A stretch of DNA of 63,971 bases, the filler included, from Reclinomonas americana ATCC 50394 (Eukaryota): the NCBI GenBank assembly GCA_048213135.1. It is 19 parts of 19 records of this genome, joined end to end, with 100 filler letters (N's around TTAATTAATTAA, not from the genome) between each part and the next. Parts side by side here need not be neighbours in the genome. Positions count along the whole stretch, not along the records: positions 1 to 1,524 come from AFZH01023222.1; positions 1,625 to 4,331 come from AFZH01023223.1; positions 4,432 to 6,062 come from AFZH01023224.1; positions 6,163 to 7,930 come from AFZH01023225.1; positions 8,031 to 10,409 come from AFZH01023228.1; positions 10,510 to 12,303 come from AFZH01023229.1; 13 more parts are not named here. The stretch is one strand, 5' to 3'. The notes beneath the pieces were generated by a model. That model did no database searches, was not told the DNA's origin, and saw only the letters and a program-made list of their open reading frames with translations. Position numbers and translations under genes: made by a program. Shown here piece after piece: positions 1 to 11,291 of the stretch. The stretch's first letter is position 1, and each line of letters opens with the position of its first letter.

Positions 1-514
1 GCTTCTGGAAGGCGGCGAGCAGGGCGCGTAGCAGGCGCAGCGGATCGACCATGCCGTCGAGCTTGCAGAAGGTCGCGCCCGCGACGCCGTCGCCGAGCAT
101 CGGGAAATCGGCCCGCATGTCGGAAAGGCTCGCCCGCGCATAGCCGCTCGGGATCTGCGAGCGCGCCTCGGCCGCCTCCAGCTGTCCGGCGCGCTTGTCG
201 AGCTCCTCGGGCGAAAAGCAGCAGAAGAAGGCGCCGTCCTGCCGGAAACGCAGGTCGATCCCGGTTTCGTCCGTTAGCTCAGCGGCGAAGTCGCGCCAGG
301 CCAGGGCGGCGCGGCGGGTGAGCTCGGCATAGGGTGGGCTCGCCAGCCCTTTGCCCTGCACCCAGACATTGCCGAGATTGCCGCGGGCGGCGCGGTGCGC
401 GACGTCGCCCTCGTCATAGAGCGCGACGCTTGCCCCGCCGCGCACGAGCCCGAGCCCGATTGCGGTGCCGACCAGCCCGCCTCCGACGATCGCGATCTCG
501 GTTCCCGCCGCCAT
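1..514 (-). CDS. FAD-dependent oxidoreductase (DAO / HcnC-OoxB-like), truncated at window start
   Basis: Hand translation from ATG 514: MAAGTEIAIVGGGLVGTAIG (GxGxxG Rossmann motif), then AARGNLGNVWVQGKG and KLDGMVDP. Not in the ORF track because it runs off the edge. Confidence 0.85.
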   Translation of the reverse strand, partial: MAAGTEIAIVGGGLVGTAIGLGLVRGGASVALYDEGDVAHRAARGNLGNVWVQGKGLASPPYAELTRRAALAWRDFAAELTDETGIDLRFRQDGAFFCCFSPEELDKRAGQLEAAEARSQIPSGYARASLSDMRADFPMLGDGVAGATFCKLDGMVDPLRLLRALLAAFQK

Positions 515-523
515 GCCAGCGCC

Positions 524-1246
524 TCAGCGCTCGTCCTGCCGGAAGCGGCGTGGCCGCAAGCCGGCATGGAACCAGTTCACCAGCGACACAGCGTCATAGA
601 CCGGCACACCGAATTTATCGACGATGTCGGCGCTGTAAGGCGTGAGATTGGTGCATTCGGAGACGATCGCGCCGATATTCGGATTCTCGCGCAGCAGCCG
701 GCCGGCCGCCTCCAGCACCTCGACGCGCAGGGTGTCGAAGGGAACACTGTTGTCGCCGTCGCGGATCGAACGGACGAACTCGCTGTCCTGCGGCATGCCG
801 ACGACCGGCGTATCGGCGGCGACTCCGACACCCTCGAAATAGCGCCCGCTCAGCGAGGCCGCGTTGTAGGTGAGGACGCCGACGCGCTTCGAGGCCGGGA
901 TCAACCGCTCGACCATCGGCACCTGCAGCAGGGCGCTGGTCGCGACCGGCACGGAGCAAAACTCGGCTAGCTCGCGCTGGTAGATCGAAAGGAAGCCGCA
1001 GGTGGTGGTGATGCCATCGACGCCAGCGTCGATCAGCTCCTGCGCCGCCGCCTTGAACTTGTCGAGCAGGTCGACATTGTGGAGGTCGGTCATCCGCGCC
1101 GGGATCGCGTCATGGACGATGCGGTACTGCACCGGGAAGTTCCAGGTGCCGGCATGGCCGATATCGCCGAGGAAGCGCTCGAAATAGGAGCGCACCATCA
1201 GGATGCCGACGCTCACGCCGTAATAGGTCTTCTTCCGCTCGTTCAA
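524..1246 (-). CDS. Asp/Glu/hydantoin racemase superfamily protein
   Basis: Motifs GDIGHAGTWNFPV, ITTTCGFL and IVSECTNL (paired Cys). TTG start at 1246 follows an AAGGAGA RBS and overlaps the upstream stop. Confidence 0.85.
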   Translation of the reverse strand: MNERKKTYYGVSVGILMVRSYFERFLGDIGHAGTWNFPVQYRIVHDAIPARMTDLHNVDLLDKFKAAAQELIDAGVDGITTTCGFLSIYQRELAEFCSVPVATSALLQVPMVERLIPASKRVGVLTYNAASLSGRYFEGVGVAADTPVVGMPQDSEFVRSIRDGDNSVPFDTLRVEVLEAAGRLLRENPNIGAIVSECTNLTPYSADIVDKFGVPVYDAVSLVNWFHAGLRPRRFRQDER

Positions 1247-1524
1247 CGCAGTTCTCCTTCGGCATGGCTGACCAGCGCCGGCTTGAGCGCAGGCGCAGTG
1301 CCGCGCGCGGTCGCGATGCGGCTCATCAGGATGGTGGCGCCGACCAAAGCGAGGCCGATCAGCCCGCGCTGCCAGACCGGTACGACATAGGCGAGCGAGC
1401 ACAGGCTGCCGGCGGTGACATAGGCGAGGCGCAGCCAGATCGGCAGCGGCCCCCAGGTGTAGCCGACGAGGCCGGCCGAGATCAGGATGAGGCCCGTCGA
1501 CAGCGCGATCGCCGTCGAGACGAT
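1243..1524 (-). CDS. C-terminal fragment of a hydrophobic transporter, probably the TRAP fused permease of the next contig
   Basis: Open frame IVSTAIALSTGLILISAGLVGYTWGPLPIWLR...GELR*, on the same strand as the TRAP gene across the spacer. Confidence 0.65.
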   Translation of the reverse strand: MVSTAIALSTGLILISAGLVGYTWGPLPIWLRLAYVTAGSLCSLAYVVPVWQRGLIGLALVGATILMSRIATARGTAPALKPALVSHAEGELR

Positions 1525-1624
1525 NNNNNNNNNNNNNNNNNNNNNNNNNNNNNNNNNNNNNNNNNNNNTTAATTAATTAANNNNNNNNNNNNNNNNNNNN
1601 NNNNNNNNNNNNNNNNNNNNNNNN
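1525..1624. other. Artificial contig-join spacer, first of 18 (others start at 4332, 6063, 7931, 10410, 12304, 17947, 20661, 40207, 44777, 46384, 49202, 50414, 51693, 56611, 59117, 60371, 62835)
   Basis: Identical N44-TTAATTAATTAA-N44 block each time. The 12-mer puts stop codons in all six frames. Confidence 0.99.
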
Positions 1625-3112
1625 CGGCGAGGCGTCGGCGAGCACGGCGAAGTAGAAGATGAAGAGATGGATTGCGATCGGCGTCACGCCGTGCTCGGCG
1701 ATCAGCGGCGCCCCGATCGCGGCGGTAATGATGTAGGCCGGTGTCGTCGGGATGCCGACGCCGAGGAACAGGCAGGTGCCGGCGATCAGCAGCGCCAGCA
1801 GCAGCAGCGAGCCGCCGGCCGCGGCCTTGATCATGCCGGTGAAGGCGAGCAGCAGGCCGGTCGCGGTCAGGGCCGCCGTGATGATGCCGGCCGAGGTGAC
1901 GGCGACCGCGATCATCGAGATCAGGAAGCCGCCATCGCGCAGGGCGATGAAGAGCGCGCGCGGTCCCATGCGGGTATGGCTGCGCAGCGCTGCGATCACG
2001 ACCGTCGCGATCGTGCTCCAGAAGGCTGCGAGGTACGGCGAGAACCGCATCATCATCATCGTCACCAGCAGCGCGAGCGGCAGGACGAGATGGGCGTCGC
2101 GCCCTAGGTCGGACAGGCTGGGCAGCATGTGACGCGGGATCGCGCCGATGCCGAGCTTCTTCGACTCGTAGTGAACCGCGGCGAGGATGTTGACGTAGTA
2201 GAGCGCTGCGCCCATCGCCGCCGCGACGATGATCGCCGAATAGGGCACTGCGATCATCTCCGACATGATGAAGGCGGCGGCGCCCATCACCGGCGGCACC
2301 AGCGGCCCGCCGACGCTCGCCGCCGATTCGATGCCGGCTGCGAAGACCGGCCGGAAGCCGAGCCGCTTCATCAGCGGGATCGACATCGAGCCGGTGACCA
2401 CGACATTGGCGACGGAGGAGCCGCTCATCGTGCCGAACAGGGCTGAGGAGATCACCGCGACCTTGGCCGGCCCGCCGGTGAAGCGTCCACCGGTGAGCGC
2501 ACCGAAATTGCCGAAGAGTCGGCTCATGCCGCTCGCCTGCATCAACGCGCCGAAGATCAGGAAGGAGGCGACGATGGTCGCGCTCATCACCGTCAGCGAG
2601 CCGTAGAGCCCGCTGCCGACCGAGAGGAAATTGATCTCGGTGATGTGGGCGAAGGAGAGCTCGCGATAATACCAGGCGCCCGGCAGCAGATGGCAGATCG
2701 CCATGTAGGCGATCACCGCGACGACGAGCCCGGCCAGCGTGTAGGAGATCGAGCGGCGGGTCGCCTCCACCACGGTCGCGACCATCATCGTGCCGAGCAC
2801 ATACTGCACCGGTGTGAGCGGATCGATGAAGCTGGTGCGCTCGTAGATCTGCTCCTGGTTCAGGTAGATGTAGACGTTCGGCACGAAGGCACAGATCGAC
2901 AGCACGAGGTCGAGCACGCTGGGCCGGTTCTTCGGCGAGTGCTCTGTGGCTGGGAAGAGCAGGAAGATCGGCGGCACGAACAGCGCCAGATGGATCGCCG
3001 CGAGCTCCAGCGGCTCAGGATAGCCGGTGCCGGCGAACCAGAGATGGACCAGCACCGCGGCCACCGACCACAGCCCGAGAAGGATTCCTGGAACTCCGTC
3101 TATCCGCCGCAT
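1625..3112 (-). CDS. TRAP transporter fused (4TM/12TM) permease, 3' truncated by contig end
   Basis: Motifs GGPAKVAVISSALFGTMSGSSVANV, PPVMGAAAFIM and GIPTTPAY. Start assigned to MRRIDG (ATG 3112). Confidence 0.92.
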
Positions 3113-3398
3113 CGTTCGTTGCCCCCGAGCGCAGCCGCCATGCCGGACATGCACCGACCGAAGCCTGCGAAGGAGCGTCGGACGTGACGCGTCTTCACTT
3201 TTGTCGATTGCATGCAATAATCAAGACAGCTAAGTTCCATGTCGTCAATTCTCTTTGACGCGCAATTTTCGGAAAAAATTTCTCCTTACCGAACGGATCG
3301 TCCGTTCGAACGGACAACTCCCGGTTGCCTGGAGAGCGGGTATGATCTTGCAGGGAATCGCGGATGCCGGGGAGCAGCGCAGGAATGGAGGCGGGAAC

Positions 3399-4124
3399 GT
3401 GACGGTGCCGTTCAGCATGCCGATGCTGGAAGCCTCAGCGCGACGGGTCGCGGCCCAGCCGCTGCCTCAGCAGATCGCCGCGCATTTGCGCGAACTGATC
3501 ATCCACGACGAGCTGAAGCCGGGCGAGCGGATCCGCGAGCAGCCTCTGTCGCTGGAACTCGCCGTGTCGCGCACGCCCTTGCGCGACGCCCTCAAGATCC
3601 TTGCGGTCGAGAGGCTGGTCGACCTGCACCCGAACCGCGGGGCGACGGTCGCGAATCCCAGCGTGGATGAGCTGCGCGACCTGCTGCGGGTCTACTCGAC
3701 CATGGAGGGCCTAGGCGGGCAGATGGCCTGCGAACGCGCAGTTCAGGGCGATATCGACGCCGCCCACCGCTGGCACCAGGAGATGGTCGGGGCCTTCGAA
3801 CGGCGTGACAAGCTCAGCTATTTCCGTGCCAACCAGGCCTTTCACCTCGGCATCATCGCGGCCTCGCGAAACGCCTCCCTGATCGAGGTTCACGGCCAGC
3901 TCAATCTGCGTCTGCACCGCGTGCGCTATCTCGCGATCATGCAGCAGAAGGACTGGACCTTCGTCAGCAACCAGCACGAGGCGATCATCGAGGCGCTCGA
4001 CAAGCGCGACGGCGCGCTGCTCGGGCGGCTGCTGGTCGAGCATTTCTCCAGCGCCTGGCGGGCGCTCGACCTGCTCGAAGCTCAGCAGACGAGTGCTGCC
4101 GCGCCCGCTGCGGCCGGGCTCTAG
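3399..4124 (+). CDS. GntR family (FCD) transcriptional regulator
   Basis: LKPGERIRE...LAVSRTPLRDAL HTH, plus NQAFH and QHEAIIEAL FCD motifs. GGAGG RBS precedes GTG 3399. Confidence 0.92.
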   Translation: MTVPFSMPMLEASARRVAAQPLPQQIAAHLRELIIHDELKPGERIREQPLSLELAVSRTPLRDALKILAVERLVDLHPNRGATVANPSVDELRDLLRVYSTMEGLGGQMACERAVQGDIDAAHRWHQEMVGAFERRDKLSYFRANQAFHLGIIAASRNASLIEVHGQLNLRLHRVRYLAIMQQKDWTFVSNQHEAIIEALDKRDGALLGRLLVEHFSSAWRALDLLEAQQTSAAAPAAAGL

Positions 4125-4138
4125 CGCGGGAGTAAGAG

Positions 4139-4331
4139 ATGCTGCCGCAGCCGGAACGACAGACGCTGGCGACACATTGGGGCACCTATCGGGTGCGGAT
4201 GGAGGGGGGCCGCCCCATCGCGCTCGATCCATTCGAGGCCGATCCCGATCCTTCGCCGATCGCCTCCGCGATGCTGGAGGCGCGCACCGCCCGGCCCGCA
4301 CTTCTGCGGCCGGCGGTCGCGACGCGTCTTC
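4139..4331 (+). CDS. N-terminus of a molybdopterin oxidoreductase (BisC/TorA-like)
   Basis: ATHWG...PFEADPDPSPI...RPAV resembles the BisC-type N-terminus. Cut by the spacer. Confidence 0.8.
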
Positions 4332-4432
4332 NNNNNNNNNNNNNNNNNNNNNNNNNNNNNNNNNNNNNNNNNNNNTTAATTAATTAANNNNNNNNNNNNN
4401 NNNNNNNNNNNNNNNNNNNNNNNNNNNNNNNG

Positions 4433-6062
4433 CAGAGCCAGGTCCACCGCTTCCTCAACACGATCGGCGGCTATACGCGCTCGGTCCAGAACTACTCCTT
4501 CGCCGCTGCCGACACGATCCTGCCGCATGTGATCGGCGATCGCAGGGGGCTCGCCAGCGGCCATACGCCCTGGCGGCTGCTGGCCGGCCATGCCGAGCTG
4601 ATCGTGATGTTCGGCGGTGCCTCGCCGAAGAACGCACAGGTCTCCTCCGGCGGACTCAGCCGCCACGCCTTGCGCGAGGGCATCCTCGCCTGTCGCGATA
4701 AGGGGGCGGAGCTGGTCTCGATCAGCCCGATCCGCGACGACACCGCGCTGGAGGCCGGCGCGCAATGGTGGGCGCCGCGGCCGCAATCCGACGTCGCGCT
4801 GATGCTCGGCCTCTGCCACACGCTACTGAGCGAAGGCCTGCACGATCGCGACTTTCTGGGGCGCTGCACGACCGGCTTCGACAGGGTCGAGGCCTATCTC
4901 ACTGGGGCCGCCGACGGCACGCCCAAGACGGCGGACTGGGCTGCGGCGCTCTGCGAGATCCCGGCCGAGGAGATCCGTGCGCTCGCCCGCAGGATGGCGG
5001 CGAACCGGACCTTCATCATGATGTCCTGGTCGCTGCAGCGGGCCGACCATGGCGAGCAGCCCTACTGGATGGCGATCACCCTTGCTGCCATGCTTGGCCA
5101 GATCGGCCTGCCCGGCGGAGGCTTAGGCTTCGGCTACGGCTCGGTCAACGGCGTCGGCAATGCCGCACAGGAGATCACCTGGCCGTCGCTGCCGCAGGGC
5201 GAGAATCCGGTCGCGGACTTCGTTCCGGTCGCGCGCATCGCCGACATGTTGCTCGATCCCGGCGGCGCCTATGACTTCAACGGCGAGCGCCGGAACTATC
5301 CCGACATCAAGCTGATCTACTGGGCCGGCGGCAACCCCTTTCACCATCATCAGGACCTCAACCGCCTGGTCCGGGCCTGGCAGCGGCCGCAGACGATCAT
5401 CGTGCATGAGCCCTGGTGGACCGCGACCGCCCGCCATGCCGACATCGTCCTGCCCGTTACCACCCAGCTCGAGCGCAACGATATTGTCTGCGCCAATCGC
5501 GACCTGATGCTCGCGGCCTCGCACAAGGCGGTCGAGCCGGCCGGCGAAGCCCGCGACGACTATGCCATCTTCTCCGGGCTCGCCGCGCGACTCGGCGTCG
5601 AAGAGGCCTTCACCGAGGGGCGCGACGAGGAGAGCTGGCTGCGTCAGCTCTACGGGCTGGCTCGCCAGCGCATCGCCGCGGCCAATCTCGACATCCCGGA
5701 TTTCGACAGCTTCTGGCGCCAGGGCGTGACGCTGCTGCCCGAGCCCGAGGCGGTGAAGCCGCTGCTGGCAGATTTCCGGGCTGACCCGCAGGCCTATCGC
5801 CTCGCGACACCGTCCGGGCTGATCGAGCTCTTCTCCGAGAAGATCGCAGGTTTCGGCTACGACGACTGCCTAGGCCATGCCGCCTGGCTGCCCTCGCAGG
5901 AATAGTTGGGCGCAGAAGCTGCGGAGCGCTTTCCGCTGCATCTGATCTCGAACCAGCCGGTGACGAAGCTGCACAGCCAGTACGACCATGGCAGCCACGC
6001 CCGCGACAGCAAGATCGCCGGGCGCGAGCCGGTGCGCATGAACCCAAGGGACGCCGCGAGCC
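4433..6062 (+). CDS. Molybdopterin guanine dinucleotide S/N-oxide reductase (BisC-like), internal part, with in-frame TAG at 5903-5905
   Basis: NYSFAAA (Mo-Ser ligand), WSLQRADHGEQPYW, YWAGGNPFHHHQD and ADIVLP. The frame continues past the stop with LGAEAAERFPLHLISNQP...LHSQ. Confidence 0.88.
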
Positions 6063-6162
6063 NNNNNNNNNNNNNNNNNNNNNNNNNNNNNNNNNNNNNN
6101 NNNNNNTTAATTAATTAANNNNNNNNNNNNNNNNNNNNNNNNNNNNNNNNNNNNNNNNNNNN

Positions 6163-6501
6163 CGCCGCATCGATTCCAACGGCCGCCGCAGCCGCGTCGT
6201 CGTCCATAACGGCACGCTGCATTTCGCCGGTCAGGTCGCCGACGATTTCAGCGGCGACATCGGCCAGCAGACGAGCGAAGCACTCGCCCGCATCGACAAG
6301 CTGCTGGCCGAGGGCGGCAGCGAGCGCCGCAAGGTGCTCAGTGCCACGATCTGGCTCAAGGACATGGCCGACTATGCCGGGATGAACGCGGTCTGGGATC
6401 GCTGGATCGATCCGGAGCATGCTCCTGCGCGCTGCTGCGGCGTGGTCGAGATGGCCGATCCCGGGATCAAGGTCGAGATCATCCTGACCGCCGCGCAATG
6501 A
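6163..6501 (+). CDS. RidA family (YoaB-like) protein, 5' partial
   Basis: Hand translation: VVHNGTLHFAGQVA...ATIWLKDMADYAGMNAVWDRW..APARCC..KVEIILTA*. Confidence 0.88.
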   Translation, partial: RRIDSNGRRSRVVVHNGTLHFAGQVADDFSGDIGQQTSEALARIDKLLAEGGSERRKVLSATIWLKDMADYAGMNAVWDRWIDPEHAPARCCGVVEMADPGIKVEIILTAAQ

Positions 6502-6674
6502 GCCCGCGGGGCGTTGCCGCCTCCGCAGTCGGCTGTAAAGCGGGCTTCCCGGGCCGGCATTGAGCGTTCGGCCCAGCTACCGTCTGCGCCCTTGGCCGTT
6601 AGGCGTCGCCACTCGAGCGGGCGCATGGCGACCCCGGGATGGGCGCTCATGCAAACGACGAGCACCGCACGCCG

Positions 6675-7250
6675 TCAGCGGACGAATTTGATCCCGGCCG
6701 GCACGGCGAAGAGGGAGGCCGGCTGCGGCCCGACGACGACGTTGCTGTCGCGGATCACCAATGTGCCTTTCGGATTGCCCTGCTCGTCGGGAATGGTATG
6801 CCGCGCCTCGATCAGGACGCCGTCCTTGCGGCAGGTCATCTGCGAAATCTGCTGCTGCTGGCCGTTCACGTCCGCGGTGATGGTGACGAGGACGGTGCCG
6901 TCGCCGCGATCCTGCGAGTTCACCTTGATGTCGCGGCGCCGGTTATGGGGCGGAGCGGGAAGCCGCGAGCCAACCTTGGTCTCCGGATTGAACAGCACGG
7001 TACCTTGGCCCGGTCCGTTCATGATCTTGACCTCGGGGCCGACCTGACCCGAGCTTTCCTCACGGAGCTTGCCGCCGGAAATGAAGACCTTGGCCCGCAG
7101 AGAAGCGTCGGGGCCGGAAATACTGCGATCGGCGCTGTAGGAGCCGGGCGCGACCTTGACGCATTCATTGGCGGTCGCGGTGCTGACGAAGGCGACCGGG
7201 CCGCACAGCACCAGCATGGCAGGAAGTGCGCAAATGTGTCTTGCAATCAT
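6675..7250 (-). CDS. Exported hypothetical protein (beta-rich, possibly LolA/DUF4412-like)
   Basis: Signal-peptide-like N-terminus, KVFISGGKLRE motif, and C-terminal GPQPASLFAVPAG. GAGGA RBS before ATG 7250. Confidence 0.65.
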   Translation of the reverse strand: MIARHICALPAMLVLCGPVAFVSTATANECVKVAPGSYSADRSISGPDASLRAKVFISGGKLREESSGQVGPEVKIMNGPGQGTVLFNPETKVGSRLPAPPHNRRRDIKVNSQDRGDGTVLVTITADVNGQQQQISQMTCRKDGVLIEARHTIPDEQGNPKGTLVIRDSNVVVGPQPASLFAVPAGIKFVR

Positions 7251-7930
7251 GGCTGTCCTCATCGCAGGGCTGGGGGCAGGCGCTCGAAACCCGCAGCATG
7301 ACGTCGCCGACGATCCGCGAGACCGATGTGCCGTCCCGGACGGCCGACAGAGCGGTGCCCGTCGGCAGGTCGGCCTTCCGCCTCGCGATCGCCAAAGCCT
7401 TGCCGGTATATTGTGACCGAAGATCGGCCTGCGTCAGCACAGTCTGGCCAACGATCGAATCGGCCATGTAATAGACCTCGGAGACCGCTCGGCGCAGCAC
7501 GCTGAAGTGCTGGAACTTGCCTTTGTCGAGATGCAGGATCACCGGCGCCGCCAACTTCGGCAAATCCTCCAGCGCGATCTCTGCCCCGGCGGCCTGGAAG
7601 CCCAGCTTCTTCGCCGCGAAGATCAGATCGTCGAAGGAGACGCCGTTGCCTTCGCGATTCTTCCACTGTTCGGCAGTATAGCGCGAGCGGATGATCTCGA
7701 GCGCCTCGATCTCGGTGGTCGGTCGGTCCCAGTAATACGTCAGGATGGTCGCAATTGAAGCGGCGCCGCAGGTGAAGTCGGCGGTCTGGCCGACGACGCC
7801 ATCGAACCGGCGGTCGAGGAAGGTTTTCGGTCTGCGAACCGAGCCTTCCTGGACCGGAGCCTGCTCGGCCCTCGCCGGAAGGCCTCCTGCGAGCGAGGCG
7901 CACAAGGCGCCGCCGCAACCGAGGAAGCGG
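7165..7930 (-). CDS. Stand-alone C39 family cysteine peptidase, 5' partial
   Basis: QTADFTCGAASIATIL (catalytic Q/C), FQHFSVL (His) and YMADS (Asp). Confidence 0.88.
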
Positions 7931-8030
7931 NNNNNNNNNNNNNNNNNNNNNNNNNNNNNNNNNNNNNNNNNNNNTTAATTAATTAANNNNNNNNNNNNNN
8001 NNNNNNNNNNNNNNNNNNNNNNNNNNNNNN

Positions 8031-8177
8031 GTCATGTATGCCTGCGTCCAGTTCCATGGCGGCATGGGCTTCATGCGCGAGAGCGCGATCGAGCGCATGG
8101 CCCGCGACGCCCGCGTCCAGGCGATTGGCGGCGGCGCCACCGAGGTCATGCTTGAAGAGGTGGCGAAGCGGCTGTGA
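8031..8177 (+). CDS. Acyl-CoA dehydrogenase, C-terminal fragment
   Basis: VQFHGGMGFMRESAIERMARDARVQAIGGGATEVM. Confidence 0.9.
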   Translation, partial: VMYACVQFHGGMGFMRESAIERMARDARVQAIGGGATEVMLEEVAKRL

Positions 8178-8794
8178 CGGTCGTGACGGGACGGGCTGAA
8201 CGGGCAGAGTTGGAGGGTGGCGCGCGGCGCCTGATCCTCGACCATGCCGCGCGCCTGCTGCGCAGCAATGGCTATCACCAGACCAGCCTGCGCGAGCTCG
8301 CCGAGGCGGTCGGTATCCGCAAGGCCAGCCTCTACCATCACTTCCGTTCCAAGGAAGAGATCGTCGAGGCCGTCGTCAATGACGGCGTCCGCCTGGTTCT
8401 CGAGACGGTGCTGTATGCCCTGCAGGTTGCGGGCGAGTCGACGCCGCGCCAGCGGCTCAAGGCGGCGATCGCGGCGCATCTCGCCGCCTTGCACGGCCAT
8501 TCCGACTATACCTGCGCCAGCATCAAGGTCTTCAGCTTCGGCGAGAACCCGACGCCGGAGAGCGTGCGCGCCACCCGCCGCGCCTATGACGATCTCTGGC
8601 GGGCTCTCATCGAAGAGCTCTCTGCCGCCGGTGTGCTCACGCCCGGCATCGCACCCGAGCGGCTGCGGCTTTTCCTGCTCGGCGCCATGAACGGCTCGAT
8701 CGACTGGTATCGCCCTGGGCGCTTCGAGATTGCGCAGCTTGCCGGGGAGCTCGCGGCGTTGGTCGCGCCGGTCGGAGCGACCGAAGACAGCTAG
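8174..8794 (+). CDS. TetR/AcrR family regulator
   Basis: GYHQTSLRELAEAVGIRKASLYHHFRSKEEI HTH. GTGA overlap with the upstream gene. Confidence 0.92.
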   Translation: MTVVTGRAERAELEGGARRLILDHAARLLRSNGYHQTSLRELAEAVGIRKASLYHHFRSKEEIVEAVVNDGVRLVLETVLYALQVAGESTPRQRLKAAIAAHLAALHGHSDYTCASIKVFSFGENPTPESVRATRRAYDDLWRALIEELSAAGVLTPGIAPERLRLFLLGAMNGSIDWYRPGRFEIAQLAGELAALVAPVGATEDS

Positions 8795-8842
8795 CCGGTT
8801 CACTTTAACCTGGCTTTGACCGCTGCCGAACGATTGTACGGC

Positions 8843-10409
8843 ATGACGCGCGACGGCCTGTTTCGATTTGGTGGCGAATTCCGGGATTTCGCCCGCGAGG
8901 CGGCGTTTCGCGACGCACGCTTCGGCGAGATGCTCCGGCAATGCCGGCTGATCTTCCTGATCTCGGCCGTGCTCAACACGCTCTTCCTCGCCAGCGACTG
9001 GCGCTTCTACGGCACGCCGCATTTCTTCGTCGCGGTGCCGGCGCGGCTGATGGTCGTCTTCGCCTCGCTGCTCTGCTTCGCTCTGGTGCGCAAGGCGGTG
9101 CGCTTCTCGCAGTCGCAAGGCGTGCTGATCCTCTGGGAGGTCACGACGGCGCTGATGGTCGCGCTGCTGGTGTCGTCGCGCAGTGATCTCGCCCTCTTCG
9201 TCGTGCTGATGCTGCCCTCGATCTTCTATCTCGTGGCGCCCACCGCTTTCCGCTGGACGATGACCTTGGGGCTGGGGTGCAGCGCACTGATGCTCGCCGG
9301 CTATCTCGGCCGTGACCCGATGCCGTCGACGCTGCCCGGCCTGATCCTCGTCCTGGTCATGCTTAACTTCGCCCTTGGTCTGGTCGTCGTGCATGGGAAC
9401 CGCTTGCGCCGGCTCGAATGGGCGGCGACCCAGGCCGAGCGCCAGGCCAAGGACGAGCTCGGCGCCAGTCAGGCGATGATCGAGCGCATCTTCATGGCGG
9501 TGCCGATCCCGCTTGTCGTCACCTCGCGCGGCGACGGTCGTTTTCTGCGCGGCAATGATGCCGCCAAGCGCTATTTCGGCGACGATGTCACGCAGGCGCA
9601 GGTGCAGGACATCCTGCCCGATGGCGGCAATCGTCGCGTCATCGCTCGCTTGCTGAAGGACCATGATCAGATCGAGGGCCATGAGGCACAGGTCCGCGAT
9701 GGCAGCGGCGTCGTCCGCGACGTGCTGATCACCGCGACCACATTGCCGATCGGCGAAAATCCGGCCGTCGTCGCTGGCATCGTCGACATCACTGATCGCA
9801 AGGCGGCCGAGGCACGCACACGCCGCCAGGCGACGCATGACGCGCTGACCGGGCTGCCGAATCGTTTGCTGTTCAACGAGCGAATGCAGCAGGCGCTGGC
9901 GCGAATGGCGAGCAAGGGCGGGGCGGTCGCGCTTTTCCTGATCGATCTCGACGACTTCAAGTCGATCAACGACACGCTCGGCCATGATGCCGGCGACGCG
10001 CTGCTGATCGAGGCGGCGAAGCGGCTCGCTGCGGTGATCGGACCAGATGAGTTGGTCGCTCGCCTCGGCGGCGACGAATTCGTGGTCCTCTCGACGCAGC
10101 GGCTGACCGCAATGCAGGCACTGGTGAAGGGTGAGGCCTTGATCGAGGTGCTGCGCCGGCCCTGCGAGCATGCCGGGCAGATGATCGCGACCCGGGCGAG
10201 CCTCGGCATCGCGCTCGCGCCCGAGCACGACCGCGACGGCGTCGAACTGATGAAGGACGCCGATCTCGCACTCTACCGGGCCAAGGCAAACGGCCGCAAC
10301 ATGGCGATCGTCTACGAGCCGGCGATGCGCGCGGCGATGGCGCGCCGCGTCGCGGTCTGCCAAGGGCTCGCCGGCGCATTGAAGGAAGAACGCATCCTGC
10401 CCTACTATC
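8843..10409 (+). CDS. Membrane PAS-GGDEF(-EAL) diguanylate cyclase/phosphodiesterase, 3' truncated
   Basis: About six TM segments, DITDRK PAS end, HDALTGLPNR and RLGGDEF. EAL domain starts at the contig end. Start codon uncertain (8816 or 8843). Confidence 0.9.
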
Positions 10410-10559
10410 NNNNNNNNNNNNNNNNNNNNNNNNNNNNNNNNNNNNNNNNNNNNTTAATTAATTAANNNNNNNNNNNNNNNNNNNNNNNNNNNNNNNNNNN
10501 NNNNNNNNNTGCAGAACCACAAACAAACCAAAAGAAATGAAGAAGACACAAACGCAGAA

Positions 10560-10594
<35 letters not shown>

Positions 10595-11291
10595 ATGGGA
10601 GAAACGTGTCGCGGCCGTTGCGTGCACTCGCCGGCCGTGCCGGTAACCGACACGCCGAGTCGAAACGACAAGGACGGCACGGTTTGTGCATGCCACGAAA
10701 GTACGTCCTCCGTGATGATGGGTTTCGCGAGCGTGCAGTGAACTGCACACCTCGCATTGGCAGACGCGACGGGCAAACGACATTCTGAGGGTGCGAGCAA
10801 CGAATGAGGGACCACGCATACTAGAGTGGCACCCCACTCTCGCTCTCTCTCTCTCTCTCTCACTCACTCACTCTCTCCCGGCCCTCTTTCTCACGTGCAC
10901 GCACCACAGTCGTCGCGCGTCGCCATGGTGATGGTGCTCGAGCAAGTCGCTCCGGTCGCAGCTGCACTCGAGCGCTTCATTGATGCGCGTACACACACGC
11001 ACACGCGCACCAGTCACAGCAGCTGTGCGACCGACTGCGGCGCCAGGCAAGGCACGGCAATGGAGGCGATCAGGGCGTGGCAATGCGACCTTGCGGAAAA
11101 CACACTCGATGAGCAAAGGGAGTGTGCACGAAGAAAGCATCATTCGCGCAAGTCTTACCTGCGACTGCGACTGCCACTCTACTGCAGAGAAGAGGCCCGC
11201 CGCGCACCGATCGAGAGCGGAGTCGTGCGCACAGTGTGACGCACAGCACGACCATAGCCATAGTCCACCTGCACTACAGCACCCGCCCTCC

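Noticed and set aside
1569..1580. Recurring TTAATTAATTAA palindrome
   Set aside because: Always centred in N runs: an assembly linker. ORFs ending in X/LIN are artefacts.
5903..5905. Pyrrolysine or programmed amber read-through
   Set aside because: The position corresponds to an expected Trp and no pyl genes are visible. A point change is simpler.
7979..10363. 794-aa minus-strand ORF
   Set aside because: Antisense shadow of the TetR and GGDEF genes in high-GC DNA.
10409..10510. Bacterial genes next to eukaryotic genes as evidence of horizontal transfer
   Set aside because: Every switch coincides with a spacer, so there is no true adjacency.
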